In this document: positions 19,974 through 30,795 of the stretch, one piece after another | Layout of the letters: every line of letters begins with the position of its first letter | Position numbering within the stretch: the first letter of the stretch is position 1 | Notes under the pieces: generated by a model | What the model was told of the DNA's origin: nothing | The model's input: the letters and a program-made list of their open reading frames with translations, nothing else | Database searches by the model: none | NCBI GenBank assembly: GCA_040386535.1 | Contig: JAZKFH010000013.1 | Location: 224,577 to 288,576 of the forward strand | Origin: Myxococcota bacterium | Lineage (GTDB): Bacteria > Myxococcota_A > UBA796 > SXON01 | DNA: 64,000 bases | Direction of reading: 5' to 3' | Position numbers and translations under genes: made by a program

Positions 19974-20477
19974 ATGACCGAAGCGGTTCTCTTCTACCTC
20001 TTCTCGCTCGTGGCCATCGTGGCCGGGTTCTCCGTGGTGATCGCGAAGAGCCCCATCGCGAGCGCATTGTCGCTCGTGGTGTGCTTCTTCTTCCTGGCCG
20101 CCGACTACGTGCTGTTGAACGCCCACTTCGTGGCCGTCATCCAACTGCTGGTCTACGCCGGCGCCATCATGGTGCTCTTCATCTTCGTGATCATGGTGCT
20201 GAACCTCCGCAACGAGGTGCCGGTGCCCATCCTGGAGCTCTCCCGACGGGGACTCCTCGGGATGGTCGTCGCGGGCGTGCTCGGAACGGGCCTGATCACC
20301 GCGCTCGAGTCGTTGCCGGTCACGGCGTCGGCGGCGCTTCCGGATGGCTACGGAGAGGTGGCGGCCGTCGGCACGTCGATCTTCTCCGGAGCATACCTGC
20401 TTCCGTTCGAGGCGGTCTCGGTGCTCCTCACGGTGGCGTTGGTCGGGGCCGTCGTCCTCGCCAAGAGGGAGATCTGA
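19974..20477 (+). CDS. nuoJ: NADH-quinone oxidoreductase subunit J
   Basis: [24 protein letters not shown]. Confidence 0.97.
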   Translation: MTEAVLFYLFSLVAIVAGFSVVIAKSPIASALSLVVCFFFLAADYVLLNAHFVAVIQLLVYAGAIMVLFIFVIMVLNLRNEVPVPILELSRRGLLGMVVAGVLGTGLITALESLPVTASAALPDGYGEVAAVGTSIFSGAYLLPFEAVSVLLTVALVGAVVLAKREI

Positions 20478-20785
20478 TGGAGTCGGTCGGATTGTTCCCC
20501 GTCCTCGCGGTGAGCGCCGTGCTCTTCGCGACTGGGGTGGGCGGCGTGCTCACCCGCAAGAATGCCCTGATCGTGTTCATGAGCGTCGAGCTCATGTTGA
20601 ACGCGGTCAACCTGTCGTTCGTCGCCTTCTCCCGGCACGCCGGCGTGATCGACGGGCAGGTGTTCGCCCTCTTCGTGATGGCGGTGGCCGCGGCCGAAGC
20701 GGCTGTCGGTCTCGCCCTCGTCATCCTCCTGTTCCGCAACCGGGTCACCGTCAGTCTCGATGACCTCGACCTGATGAAGGGGTAA
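20477..20785 (+). CDS. nuoK: NADH-quinone oxidoreductase subunit K
   Basis: ATG 20477; [18 protein letters not shown]. Confidence 0.97.
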   Translation: MESVGLFPVLAVSAVLFATGVGGVLTRKNALIVFMSVELMLNAVNLSFVAFSRHAGVIDGQVFALFVMAVAAAEAAVGLALVILLFRNRVTVSLDDLDLMKG

Positions 20786-20788
20786 GCG

Positions 20789-22873
<2,085 letters not shown>

Positions 22874-22874
22874 G

Positions 22875-24536
22875 ATGCCCTCCCTGCTCTCCCTCGTCAC
22901 CTTCCTCCCGATCGTGGGCGCGGTCGTCGTGGCCGCGCTCCCCGAGCGCGCCGCCAAGACCTCGGCCCTGGCCGTGTCGCTGCTCGCGTTCGCGGCGTCG
23001 ATCCCGCTCTGGTTCCTGTTCGATCCGGCGAGCCCCGAGGCCTTCCAGCTCGTCGAGAAGATGGACTGGATCCCCGCGTTCGGCGTGAGCTACCACGTCG
23101 GAATCGACGGGGTGAGCCTGCTGCTCATCCTACTGACGACGGTGCTGACGCCCATCATCGTGCTGGCCGGCTTCAGCGGCGTGGAGTCGCGTCACCGCGC
23201 GTACTTCGCGCTGATGCTCGTGCTCGAAGGCTCGATGATCGGCACCTTCGTGGCGCTCGACACGTTCCTCTTCTACCTGTTCTGGGAGCTCGTGCTCCTC
23301 CCGATGTACTTCCTCATCGGGGTGTGGGGCGGGGAGCGTCGGCTCTACGCGGCCGTCAAGCTGTTCCTCTACACGGTCGCCGGCTCGCTCCTCATGCTGG
23401 TGGCGCTCATCGGGCTGTACGCCCTGCACTACGAGCTCGAGGGCACCTGGACCACGGACTTGAGCCGCCTGCTGGCGCTCGACATCCCGTACGACACCCA
23501 GATGTGGATGTTCGCCTGCTTCGCGCTGGCGTTCGCCATCAAGGTGCCGATGTTCCCCCTGCACACCTGGCTGCCCGACGCCCACGTCGAGGCGCCCACG
23601 GGCGGCTCGGTGGTGCTCGCGGGCGTGATGCTCAAGATGGGCACCTACGGCTTCTACCGCTTCGCGATGCCGCTCTTCCCCGAGGCGACCATGGCCTTCG
23701 GGCCGTTCCTCATCGCGTTGTGCGTCATCGGCATCGTGTACGGCGCGCTCGTCGCGATGGTGCAGGACGACGTGAAGAAGCTCGTCGCCTACAGCTCCGT
23801 GAGCCACCTCGGCTTCGTGATGCTGGGCCTGTTCGCGCTCAACCCGGTGGGTGTGGCCGGCTCGATCTACCAGATGCTCGGCCACGGCGTCAGCACCGGC
23901 GCGTTGTTCCTCCTGGTCGGCGTGCTCTACGAGCGCCGCCACACGCGCAAGATCGCCGACTACGGCGGGCTCACCAAGGTGGTGCCGCTCTTCGCGGTGG
24001 TCTTCATGATCGTGACGCTCTCCTCCATCGGGCTCCCGGGCACCAATGGTTTCGTGGGTGAGTTCATGATCCTGCTCGGCGCCTTCGAGTACGCGCCGAT
24101 CCCGACGGTCATCGCCACCACCGGCGTCATCTTCGGCGCGACCTACATGTTGTGGATGTTCCAGCGGGTCATGTTCGGCCCCCTGACCAACCACGCGAAC
24201 CAGAAGCTCACCGATCTGAACGCGCGCGAGATCGCCTACCTCTCGCCCCTGGTGGTCCTCATCTTCGTGATGGGCGTGTACCCCCAGCCCTTCCTCGACC
24301 GCATCAACCCCTCGGTGAACGCCTTCGTGGCGCGCTTCGAGGAGCGGTTCGACGGTTCGCCGTACGTGGCGGCCGGCGGCGTCCCCGCCTGGATCGACGC
24401 GCATGTCGCGCCGCCCGCGGCGCCGGCGCCCGGCCACCCGGCGCATGGCGACCCTGCCCATGGCGCCCCCGCGCACGGCAATCACGGTGCCCCCGCCCAC
24501 GGCACCCCCACCCACGCGCCGGCGCACGGGGAGTAG
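22875..24536 (+). CDS. nuoM: NADH-quinone oxidoreductase subunit M
   Basis: KVPMFPLHTWLPDAHVEAP, LKMG.YG, AYSSVSH, PGTNGFVGE. Confidence 0.97.
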   Translation: MPSLLSLVTFLPIVGAVVVAALPERAAKTSALAVSLLAFAASIPLWFLFDPASPEAFQLVEKMDWIPAFGVSYHVGIDGVSLLLILLTTVLTPIIVLAGFSGVESRHRAYFALMLVLEGSMIGTFVALDTFLFYLFWELVLLPMYFLIGVWGGERRLYAAVKLFLYTVAGSLLMLVALIGLYALHYELEGTWTTDLSRLLALDIPYDTQMWMFACFALAFAIKVPMFPLHTWLPDAHVEAPTGGSVVLAGVMLKMGTYGFYRFAMPLFPEATMAFGPFLIALCVIGIVYGALVAMVQDDVKKLVAYSSVSHLGFVMLGLFALNPVGVAGSIYQMLGHGVSTGALFLLVGVLYERRHTRKIADYGGLTKVVPLFAVVFMIVTLSSIGLPGTNGFVGEFMILLGAFEYAPIPTVIATTGVIFGATYMLWMFQRVMFGPLTNHANQKLTDLNAREIAYLSPLVVLIFVMGVYPQPFLDRINPSVNAFVARFEERFDGSPYVAAGGVPAWIDAHVAPPAAPAPGHPAHGDPAHGAPAHGNHGAPAHGTPTHAPAHGE

Positions 24537-24539
24537 CCA

Positions 24540-26021
24540 ATGATCACGATTCCCGCCCTCGGCGACTCGCTTCTCCTCTCGAGCCCCAGCATCCTGGTCT
24601 TCTGCGTCGCCTTGGCGATCATGTTGATCGAGGCCTGGGCGCGCCCCGCGAGCAAGACCATCTTCTGGGCGCTCGGACTCGGCGGCCTCCTGGCCGCGGG
24701 CGCCCTCACGGCTGTCGTCTACAGCATGGCCGAGGGCCCGGTCGACGCCTACGCCGGCATGCTCCGGATCGATCGCTACGGCGTGTTCTTCCAGGTCTGC
24801 GCGATCGTCGCGGGCATCCTCTCGCTCCTCATGAGCGACGGCTACCTCGAGCGCATCGGCATCCGCGTGGGGGAGTACTACGCGCTCGTGTTGTTCGGCG
24901 TGATGGGCATGATGCTCATGAGCGCCGCGAACGACCTGATGATGGTCTTCATCTCCCTCGAGATCATGAGCATCGCGCTGTACGTGCTCTGCGCGCTCAA
25001 GCGTGGGGACCCGAAGAGCGTCGAGAGCGGCTTCAAGTACTTCATCCTCGGCGCGTTCTCGTCCGGCGTGATGCTCTACGGCATCTCGTTCGTGTACGGC
25101 GCGATCGGCAGCACCTCGCTGGACACGCTCACCGCCTGGTTCGCCACCGGGCACGACGCCTCGTCCAGCACGCTCCTGACCGTCGGCGCCGCCCTCCTGA
25201 TCGTGGGCTTCGGCTTCAAGGTCGCGAGCGTGCCCTTCCACATGTGGGCCCCGGACGTGTACCAGGGCGCCCCCACCTCGGTGACCGCGCTCATGGCGTC
25301 GGGCGTCAAGGCGGCGAGCTTCGCGGCGTTCGGTCGCGTCGTGCTCGGCGCGATGGGTGAGGACGCGGCGAGCTGGCACGGCGCGTTGTGGTGGATGTCG
25401 GCGCTCACGATGATCGTCGGCAACCTCGGCGCGCTCGTGCAGGACGACCTGAAGCGGGTCCTCGCGTACTCGTCGATCGCGCACGCCGGCTACCTGCTCA
25501 TGGCGTTCGTCTCCATCGGCGCCGGCGGCGTCGCGGGCACCCCCGCGCTCGGCAGCCTGCTCTTCTACATGTTGAGCTACACCTTCATGAACGCGGGCGC
25601 CTTCGCGGTGCTCTCGATGTTCACGAAGGACGGCAGCGACGACACGCGCATCGAGCGCCTCGCGGGCCTGGGCCACCAGCACCCCTGGCTCGCAGCCGGG
25701 CTGTCGATCTGCCTGCTCTCGCTCGCCGGAATCCCGCCCACGATGGGCTTCGTCGGCAAGTTCTACCTGTTCTCCGCCGCGCTTCAGGCCGGCGAGCGCA
25801 ACCTCGCCATCATCGGCGCGGTCTCGGCCGCGGCCGGGGTGTACTACTACATCCGTCCCATGATCTGGATGTACATGCGCGACGGGCATCCGGCCGTCAC
25901 GGTCGACCGCCGCGCTGCCTTCGCGCTCGCGCTCTGTTCGGCCGTCATGGTGGTTCTGGGCCTCCTTCCGGGCACGGTGCTGGACTGGGCCCAGGAGTCG
26001 CTCCTGTCGCTCGCGGGCTAG
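24540..26021 (+). CDS. nuoN: NADH-quinone oxidoreductase subunit N
   Basis: FKVASVPFHMWAPDVYQGAP, AYSSIAHAGY, LAGIPP..GF.GK. Confidence 0.97.
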   Translation: MITIPALGDSLLLSSPSILVFCVALAIMLIEAWARPASKTIFWALGLGGLLAAGALTAVVYSMAEGPVDAYAGMLRIDRYGVFFQVCAIVAGILSLLMSDGYLERIGIRVGEYYALVLFGVMGMMLMSAANDLMMVFISLEIMSIALYVLCALKRGDPKSVESGFKYFILGAFSSGVMLYGISFVYGAIGSTSLDTLTAWFATGHDASSSTLLTVGAALLIVGFGFKVASVPFHMWAPDVYQGAPTSVTALMASGVKAASFAAFGRVVLGAMGEDAASWHGALWWMSALTMIVGNLGALVQDDLKRVLAYSSIAHAGYLLMAFVSIGAGGVAGTPALGSLLFYMLSYTFMNAGAFAVLSMFTKDGSDDTRIERLAGLGHQHPWLAAGLSICLLSLAGIPPTMGFVGKFYLFSAALQAGERNLAIIGAVSAAAGVYYYIRPMIWMYMRDGHPAVTVDRRAAFALALCSAVMVVLGLLPGTVLDWAQESLLSLAG

Positions 26022-26098
26022 CCGACAAGGCGGTCCGCTGGAGTGCAATCCCGGCTATACTGCGGCACCTCGCGGCATCCGTGGGGACCGGAGCCGGC

Positions 26099-27904
26099 AT
26101 GACGCGCCTGTTGATCCTCTCACTCTCTGTCCTCTGGATGGGTGCCTGTACCGAGCCGGGGGCTGCGGACGACAAGGAGGCTGAGGTGTCGGGGGCGCTG
26201 GAGTTCTGGCCCCCCGAAGCGGGCCGCGGCGTCACGTTCGACGCGCGGCTCACCGCCGGCTCGTCGTTGTTCTCGTTCGAGGGTGTCGATCTCGGCCTGG
26301 GGGCCGGCGTCGTCGTCAACAGCGTCACCGTGCTGGACGGGTGGAGCGCGACCGCCAACGTCACGGTCGATCCCGCCGCCGACCTGGGGCCGCGCACGGC
26401 CGAGGTCTCCACGGGGGAGGGGACGTTCAGCCTCTCCGAGGCGCTCACCGTGGTGGACGACTCGTTCACCATCTCCCCCGAGCGTGCGCGCATCGGCGAG
26501 AGCATCGTCGTCGAGATCCTCGGGCAGAACACCGAGTGGTTGGGCGGCACCACGTGGGCGGCCTTCGGTGACGACATCGAGGTCACCGCGGTCGACGTGT
26601 TGTCGGAGACCTACGCCATCGCCAGCGTGACCGTCGGCCCCGACGCGGTGCCCGGCCTGCGGGACGTGTCGATGGAGGTCGGGCCCGAGCTCACGACGCT
26701 CTACGGCGGCTTCCAGGTCGACCGCGTCGCGCTCTCGGCCCTGTTCGACCCCGTCAGCGCCGCCCAGGGCGAGACCGTCGAGTTCACCATCCGCGGCGCC
26801 GGCACCCACTTCAGCGCCGACTCCGAGCTCACCTTCTGGAAGAACGGCAGCGAGAACGGCGACGTCGTGGTCGACAGCCTGAGCGTCATCGACGCCGAGA
26901 ACCTCTGGGGCCGGATGACCGTGTCCAACGCGGCGGAGATCGGCTTCCGCGACGCGATGGTCACCACGGACGACGAGGGTGTCTTCATGGAGGACGCGTT
27001 CCAGGTCACCGACGGCGACATCAACCTCGAAGACGTAGGCATCTCCCTGTCGTTCAACGTCGTGCGCGGCATCGACAACACCACCGGCGCGATCTCCGAG
27101 CAGGTGCGCGGCCAGGCGATCTTCTACATCCCGCTCGATCCGTCCTGCCCGAACAGCCCCGAGGCCTACGCGTGCTCCGACACCGAGGACAACGACGGGG
27201 ACGGCTTCATCGACTGTTACGACAACGACTGCTCGAGTGACCCCGCCTGCGCCTCCGGCCCCCAGCCGTACGACGCGAACGGCGTCTACCAGACCTACAC
27301 CACCGGCGGCACCTCCGACTGTCCGAACCCGATCACGCTCGGCGCGGGTGACTTCGTGTGGTTCGAGTCCGACTGCAACGTGGTGCAGCTCGAGAAGTTC
27401 ATCGACGGCGCGTCGGGCATGATCTACTACACGGCCGATCTGACGCTGGACGACTACTGCTTCGACCAGATGTACGACCTGCACACCCAGGGCGAGGACG
27501 GCGGCATCGGCGAGTACGTGATCGAGGACGTGCAACCCACGGTCCCGGCCGACTTCGCCATGATCGACCCGGGCTGGTGGGGCAACTTCACGCACAACCG
27601 CGCGGAGGATCTCACGTACACGTGGACGCCCGCCCAGACCTACCCGGACGCGTTCTTCGTCACCCAGATCTCCGGCACCCTCGTGGCGACCGGCGAGAGC
27701 GGCTTCGTCGGCTCGATCCCCTGGGACGACGGCGAGCACACCTACACCGCCGACGAGCTCTCCCAGCTCGAGGTGGGCAGCGCCACGTTCGTGGCCCAGA
27801 GCGTCATCCCCGAGGGGCCGGAGTTCGGCTTCCCGTTCAGCACGATCCAGAACAACAAGAGCAGCACGTACGTGTACGTGCAGGGCTACCTGGTGCTCGA
27901 ATGA
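26099..27904 (+). CDS. Acidic surface lipoprotein with three Ig-like repeats and a CxDxxDNDGDG Ca-binding motif
   Basis: ATG 26099 after GGAG; lipobox MGAC; three repeats of P....G....V.I.G..T..G.RDV type; CSDTEDNDGDGFIDC. Confidence 0.75.
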   Translation: MTRLLILSLSVLWMGACTEPGAADDKEAEVSGALEFWPPEAGRGVTFDARLTAGSSLFSFEGVDLGLGAGVVVNSVTVLDGWSATANVTVDPAADLGPRTAEVSTGEGTFSLSEALTVVDDSFTISPERARIGESIVVEILGQNTEWLGGTTWAAFGDDIEVTAVDVLSETYAIASVTVGPDAVPGLRDVSMEVGPELTTLYGGFQVDRVALSALFDPVSAAQGETVEFTIRGAGTHFSADSELTFWKNGSENGDVVVDSLSVIDAENLWGRMTVSNAAEIGFRDAMVTTDDEGVFMEDAFQVTDGDINLEDVGISLSFNVVRGIDNTTGAISEQVRGQAIFYIPLDPSCPNSPEAYACSDTEDNDGDGFIDCYDNDCSSDPACASGPQPYDANGVYQTYTTGGTSDCPNPITLGAGDFVWFESDCNVVQLEKFIDGASGMIYYTADLTLDDYCFDQMYDLHTQGEDGGIGEYVIEDVQPTVPADFAMIDPGWWGNFTHNRAEDLTYTWTPAQTYPDAFFVTQISGTLVATGESGFVGSIPWDDGEHTYTADELSQLEVGSATFVAQSVIPEGPEFGFPFSTIQNNKSSTYVYVQGYLVLE

Positions 27905-28782
27905 TGCTGTTGGTCCTCCTCGGCTGCGTGGAGCAGGGCTTCTCCGGCGTGAAGCTCGACGCGATCGCGGTCGTGCTCGGTGACTTCGACAACGTCGGCG
28001 ACTCGTTGACCGCGCTCGAGATCGCGACCGAGACGTACAACGGGCTCATCGTCCAGGCGACCTACGAGCCGGACGACGAGCGCACCCAGTGGGACGACGG
28101 GGGGCCCACGGTCGAGGGCCTGTTCACCAACAGCGACGAGAAGGGCAAGCTCGAGGTGTCCCTCTTCAACGCGGTGTTCGTGAACTCGGGCACGCGCGGG
28201 CTCGGGGCGTCCCGCTACAACAACCAGCTCGTCGCCGACAACTCGCTGCTGCTCGACATCGAGGCGATGGACCACGCGTGCAACTTCGCCACCAGCGGCG
28301 GCACGCTCGTCGTGAGCGACTGGGCGTACGACATGGTGGAGTACTGCTGGCCGGACGCGATCGAGTTCTTCGGGGACGATCTCGTGCCCGACGCCGGCCA
28401 GGTCGGCATGCCGGACGACATCCTCGCCGACGTGAAGGACGAGAAGCTGGTCGAGGCGATGGGCGCGTCGCTCAACGTCGCCTACGACTACACGGCGTGG
28501 TCCGTGATCGAGAGCGTCGGCGCCGAGACCGAGGTGCTCCTGTCGGGCACGATCGAGTACCAGCCCTCGGCGGACGAGCTCCCCGTATCGCTCCCCAATG
28601 CCCCGCTGATGGTCCGCTTCACGGCCGGCCGCGGGACGGTCGTCTACACCACGTTCCACTGGTCGGCCCAGCCGCCGCAGGTCACCGAGACCCTCCTGTT
28701 GGAGGCTGTCGACGGCCTCAGCAGGGGCTCCGGTGACAGCGACGAGCAAGACGCCGACACCACGGAGGCCACCGGTGCGTAG
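27901..28782 (+). CDS. Hypothetical lipoprotein (possibly class-I GATase-like fold)
   Basis: MMLLVLLGC; GGTLVVSDWAYD, G.GTVVYTTFH; overlaps both neighbours. Confidence 0.65.
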   Translation: MMLLVLLGCVEQGFSGVKLDAIAVVLGDFDNVGDSLTALEIATETYNGLIVQATYEPDDERTQWDDGGPTVEGLFTNSDEKGKLEVSLFNAVFVNSGTRGLGASRYNNQLVADNSLLLDIEAMDHACNFATSGGTLVVSDWAYDMVEYCWPDAIEFFGDDLVPDAGQVGMPDDILADVKDEKLVEAMGASLNVAYDYTAWSVIESVGAETEVLLSGTIEYQPSADELPVSLPNAPLMVRFTAGRGTVVYTTFHWSAQPPQVTETLLLEAVDGLSRGSGDSDEQDADTTEATGA

Positions 28783-30268
28783 CGCGTTGATCCTGCTCCT
28801 TCTGCCGGCGTTGGCGGCGGGCTGCTCGGACTACGAGTACTCCCAGCCCACGCACGAAGACGTGTTCATCCAGAACCAGCTGAACACGGTCGATCTGTTG
28901 CTGGTCGTCGACAACAGCTGCTCCATGGTCGAGGAGCAGGCCAAGCTGGCCGGCAACTTCGACAGCTTCATCGCCTACTTCGACGAGGCCGAGGTCGATT
29001 GGCAGCTCGGCGTCATCACGACCGACGTCGACCAGGACAAGTTCTCCGGGCACCTCATCGGCGGAGACGACGAGATCGTCCTGGCCGACGGGACCGGGCG
29101 CGAGATCGATCGCGTCGAGTACGACCGCGACTGGCCGGTGGGGCCAGGCGTCGTGTTCTCGCTCGATCCATCCTACTTCGCCTCGACCAGCAACGACTCC
29201 GCGTCCAAGTGGTGCATCGACCAGGCGGCCACCCCCGGCGCGGCCAACCCGGGATGTGGCGGGACGGGCCCCGGCGCGGATCCCTCGCGCGGCGCGGTCG
29301 TCATCACCGAGTTCGCCCCCGATCCCGACGGCGTCACCGACGCCTCCGGCGAGTGGGTGGAGCTCACCAACATCAGCGACACGACCGTCGATCTCACGGG
29401 GTACACCCTGCTGGATGACGGTCGCAACGCCTACGCGTTCCCCGACGGCACGCTGCTCCCCGCGGGCGACGCGATCGTGCTCGCGCGCACGCTCGACGTC
29501 GAGGGCGCCGACCTCGCCGTGGGTGTCGACTTCACGCTCAACAACCACGATCTGTTCCTGACGAACGAGACCGAGGAGCCCGAGGAGATCTTCGCGGAGA
29601 TCGTCGCCCAGGGCATCAGCGGCTCGGGCATCGAGATGGGGCTCGAGGCCGTGCGCCTCGCCGTCTCCCCTCCGCTCCTGTCCGCGGCGGCCGACGGCAC
29701 CGGCGCCAACGACGGCTTCATTCGCCCCGAGGCCAACTTCTCCGTGCTCATCGTGTCGGACGAGGAGGACTCCTCGCCGCTCCCGGTGAACGACTACCTC
29801 TCGTTGTACGCCGACCTGAAGGGGGATGACGCGTATCGGGATCACACCCGCATGAACGTCTCGGCCGTGATTGGGGACCGCGCGCCGGAGTTCGATGGCG
29901 AGCCGAGCTGCAGCTCGTCGAACGGGAACGCCGACTGGGGCCGCCGCTACCTGCGCGCCGTCGAGGAGACCGCGGGCCTGGTGGACTCGATCTGTGACGA
30001 CGACTTCTCGCCCATCGTGAACGAGCTCGGGCTGACCTTGTCAGGTCTCCAGGCCGACTTCGCGCTGTCCGGGATGCCGCGCCTCGACTCGCTCAAGGTG
30101 TCCATCTACGCCGACGCCGACGAGTCCAGCAAGCTCGCCGATCTGACGATCGACGTGGAGTACACGTACATCGCAGAGGGCAACCTCATCCGGTTCGAGC
30201 GCGACCAGGTCCCCGAGAGCCAGCAGTACATCCTCGTGGAGTACCAGGTCCAGAGCGGGAGCAATTGA
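28775..30268 (+). CDS. vWA-domain lipoprotein (CglB-like) with an inserted lamin-tail domain
   Basis: GTG 28775; lipobox AAGC; MIDAS DNSCSM; GVITTD; E.GLEA; VSDEED; SICDDDF; insert containing VITE...GEWVELTN. Confidence 0.8.
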   Translation: MRSALILLLLPALAAGCSDYEYSQPTHEDVFIQNQLNTVDLLLVVDNSCSMVEEQAKLAGNFDSFIAYFDEAEVDWQLGVITTDVDQDKFSGHLIGGDDEIVLADGTGREIDRVEYDRDWPVGPGVVFSLDPSYFASTSNDSASKWCIDQAATPGAANPGCGGTGPGADPSRGAVVITEFAPDPDGVTDASGEWVELTNISDTTVDLTGYTLLDDGRNAYAFPDGTLLPAGDAIVLARTLDVEGADLAVGVDFTLNNHDLFLTNETEEPEEIFAEIVAQGISGSGIEMGLEAVRLAVSPPLLSAAADGTGANDGFIRPEANFSVLIVSDEEDSSPLPVNDYLSLYADLKGDDAYRDHTRMNVSAVIGDRAPEFDGEPSCSSSNGNADWGRRYLRAVEETAGLVDSICDDDFSPIVNELGLTLSGLQADFALSGMPRLDSLKVSIYADADESSKLADLTIDVEYTYIAEGNLIRFERDQVPESQQYILVEYQVQSGSN

Positions 30269-30795
30269 TGGTGTGGTTGTTGATGATGCTCCTCGGCTGT
30301 CCCAGCGAGGAGGCAGAGTGTTCGGAGGACGTTGCCTGCCCGTTCGGCTCGGTCTGCGAGGCCGGCGTCTGCGAGGCCCAGAGCTGCGCCACGTCGATGC
30401 AGTGCGGCATCGAGCAGTACTGCAGCGACAGCACGTGTGTGGACGGCTGCGAGACCGACGACGACTGCCGCTTCGGGGACCTCTGTGACGAGGAGACCTC
30501 CGAGTGCGCCGCCGCTGAGTGTGTCGACACCCGGCTGGACTGCGGCTTCGGCGAGTTCTGCAACCCGGGCGGCGAGTGCTACCAGGCCGGCGGCTACTTC
30601 TGCGCCGCCTGCGAAGACGACGGGGACTGCGGCGGCAACGGCAACATGTGCCTCAACGGCGGCTACTGCGGCGTGACTTGCGACGGCGACAGCGACTGTC
30701 CCGGCGGCTACGACTGCCTGCCGGTGGCAGACTTCAACGGCAACGTCGTGTCGAACCAATGCTTCACGTACTGCTGGCTCTACGAGGAGGATTGA
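30268..30795 (+). CDS. Cysteine-rich repeat lipoprotein
   Basis: Lipobox LLGC; repeated C-x3-D-C..G..C....C units. Confidence 0.8.
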   Translation: MVWLLMMLLGCPSEEAECSEDVACPFGSVCEAGVCEAQSCATSMQCGIEQYCSDSTCVDGCETDDDCRFGDLCDEETSECAAAECVDTRLDCGFGEFCNPGGECYQAGGYFCAACEDDGDCGGNGNMCLNGGYCGVTCDGDSDCPGGYDCLPVADFNGNVVSNQCFTYCWLYEED

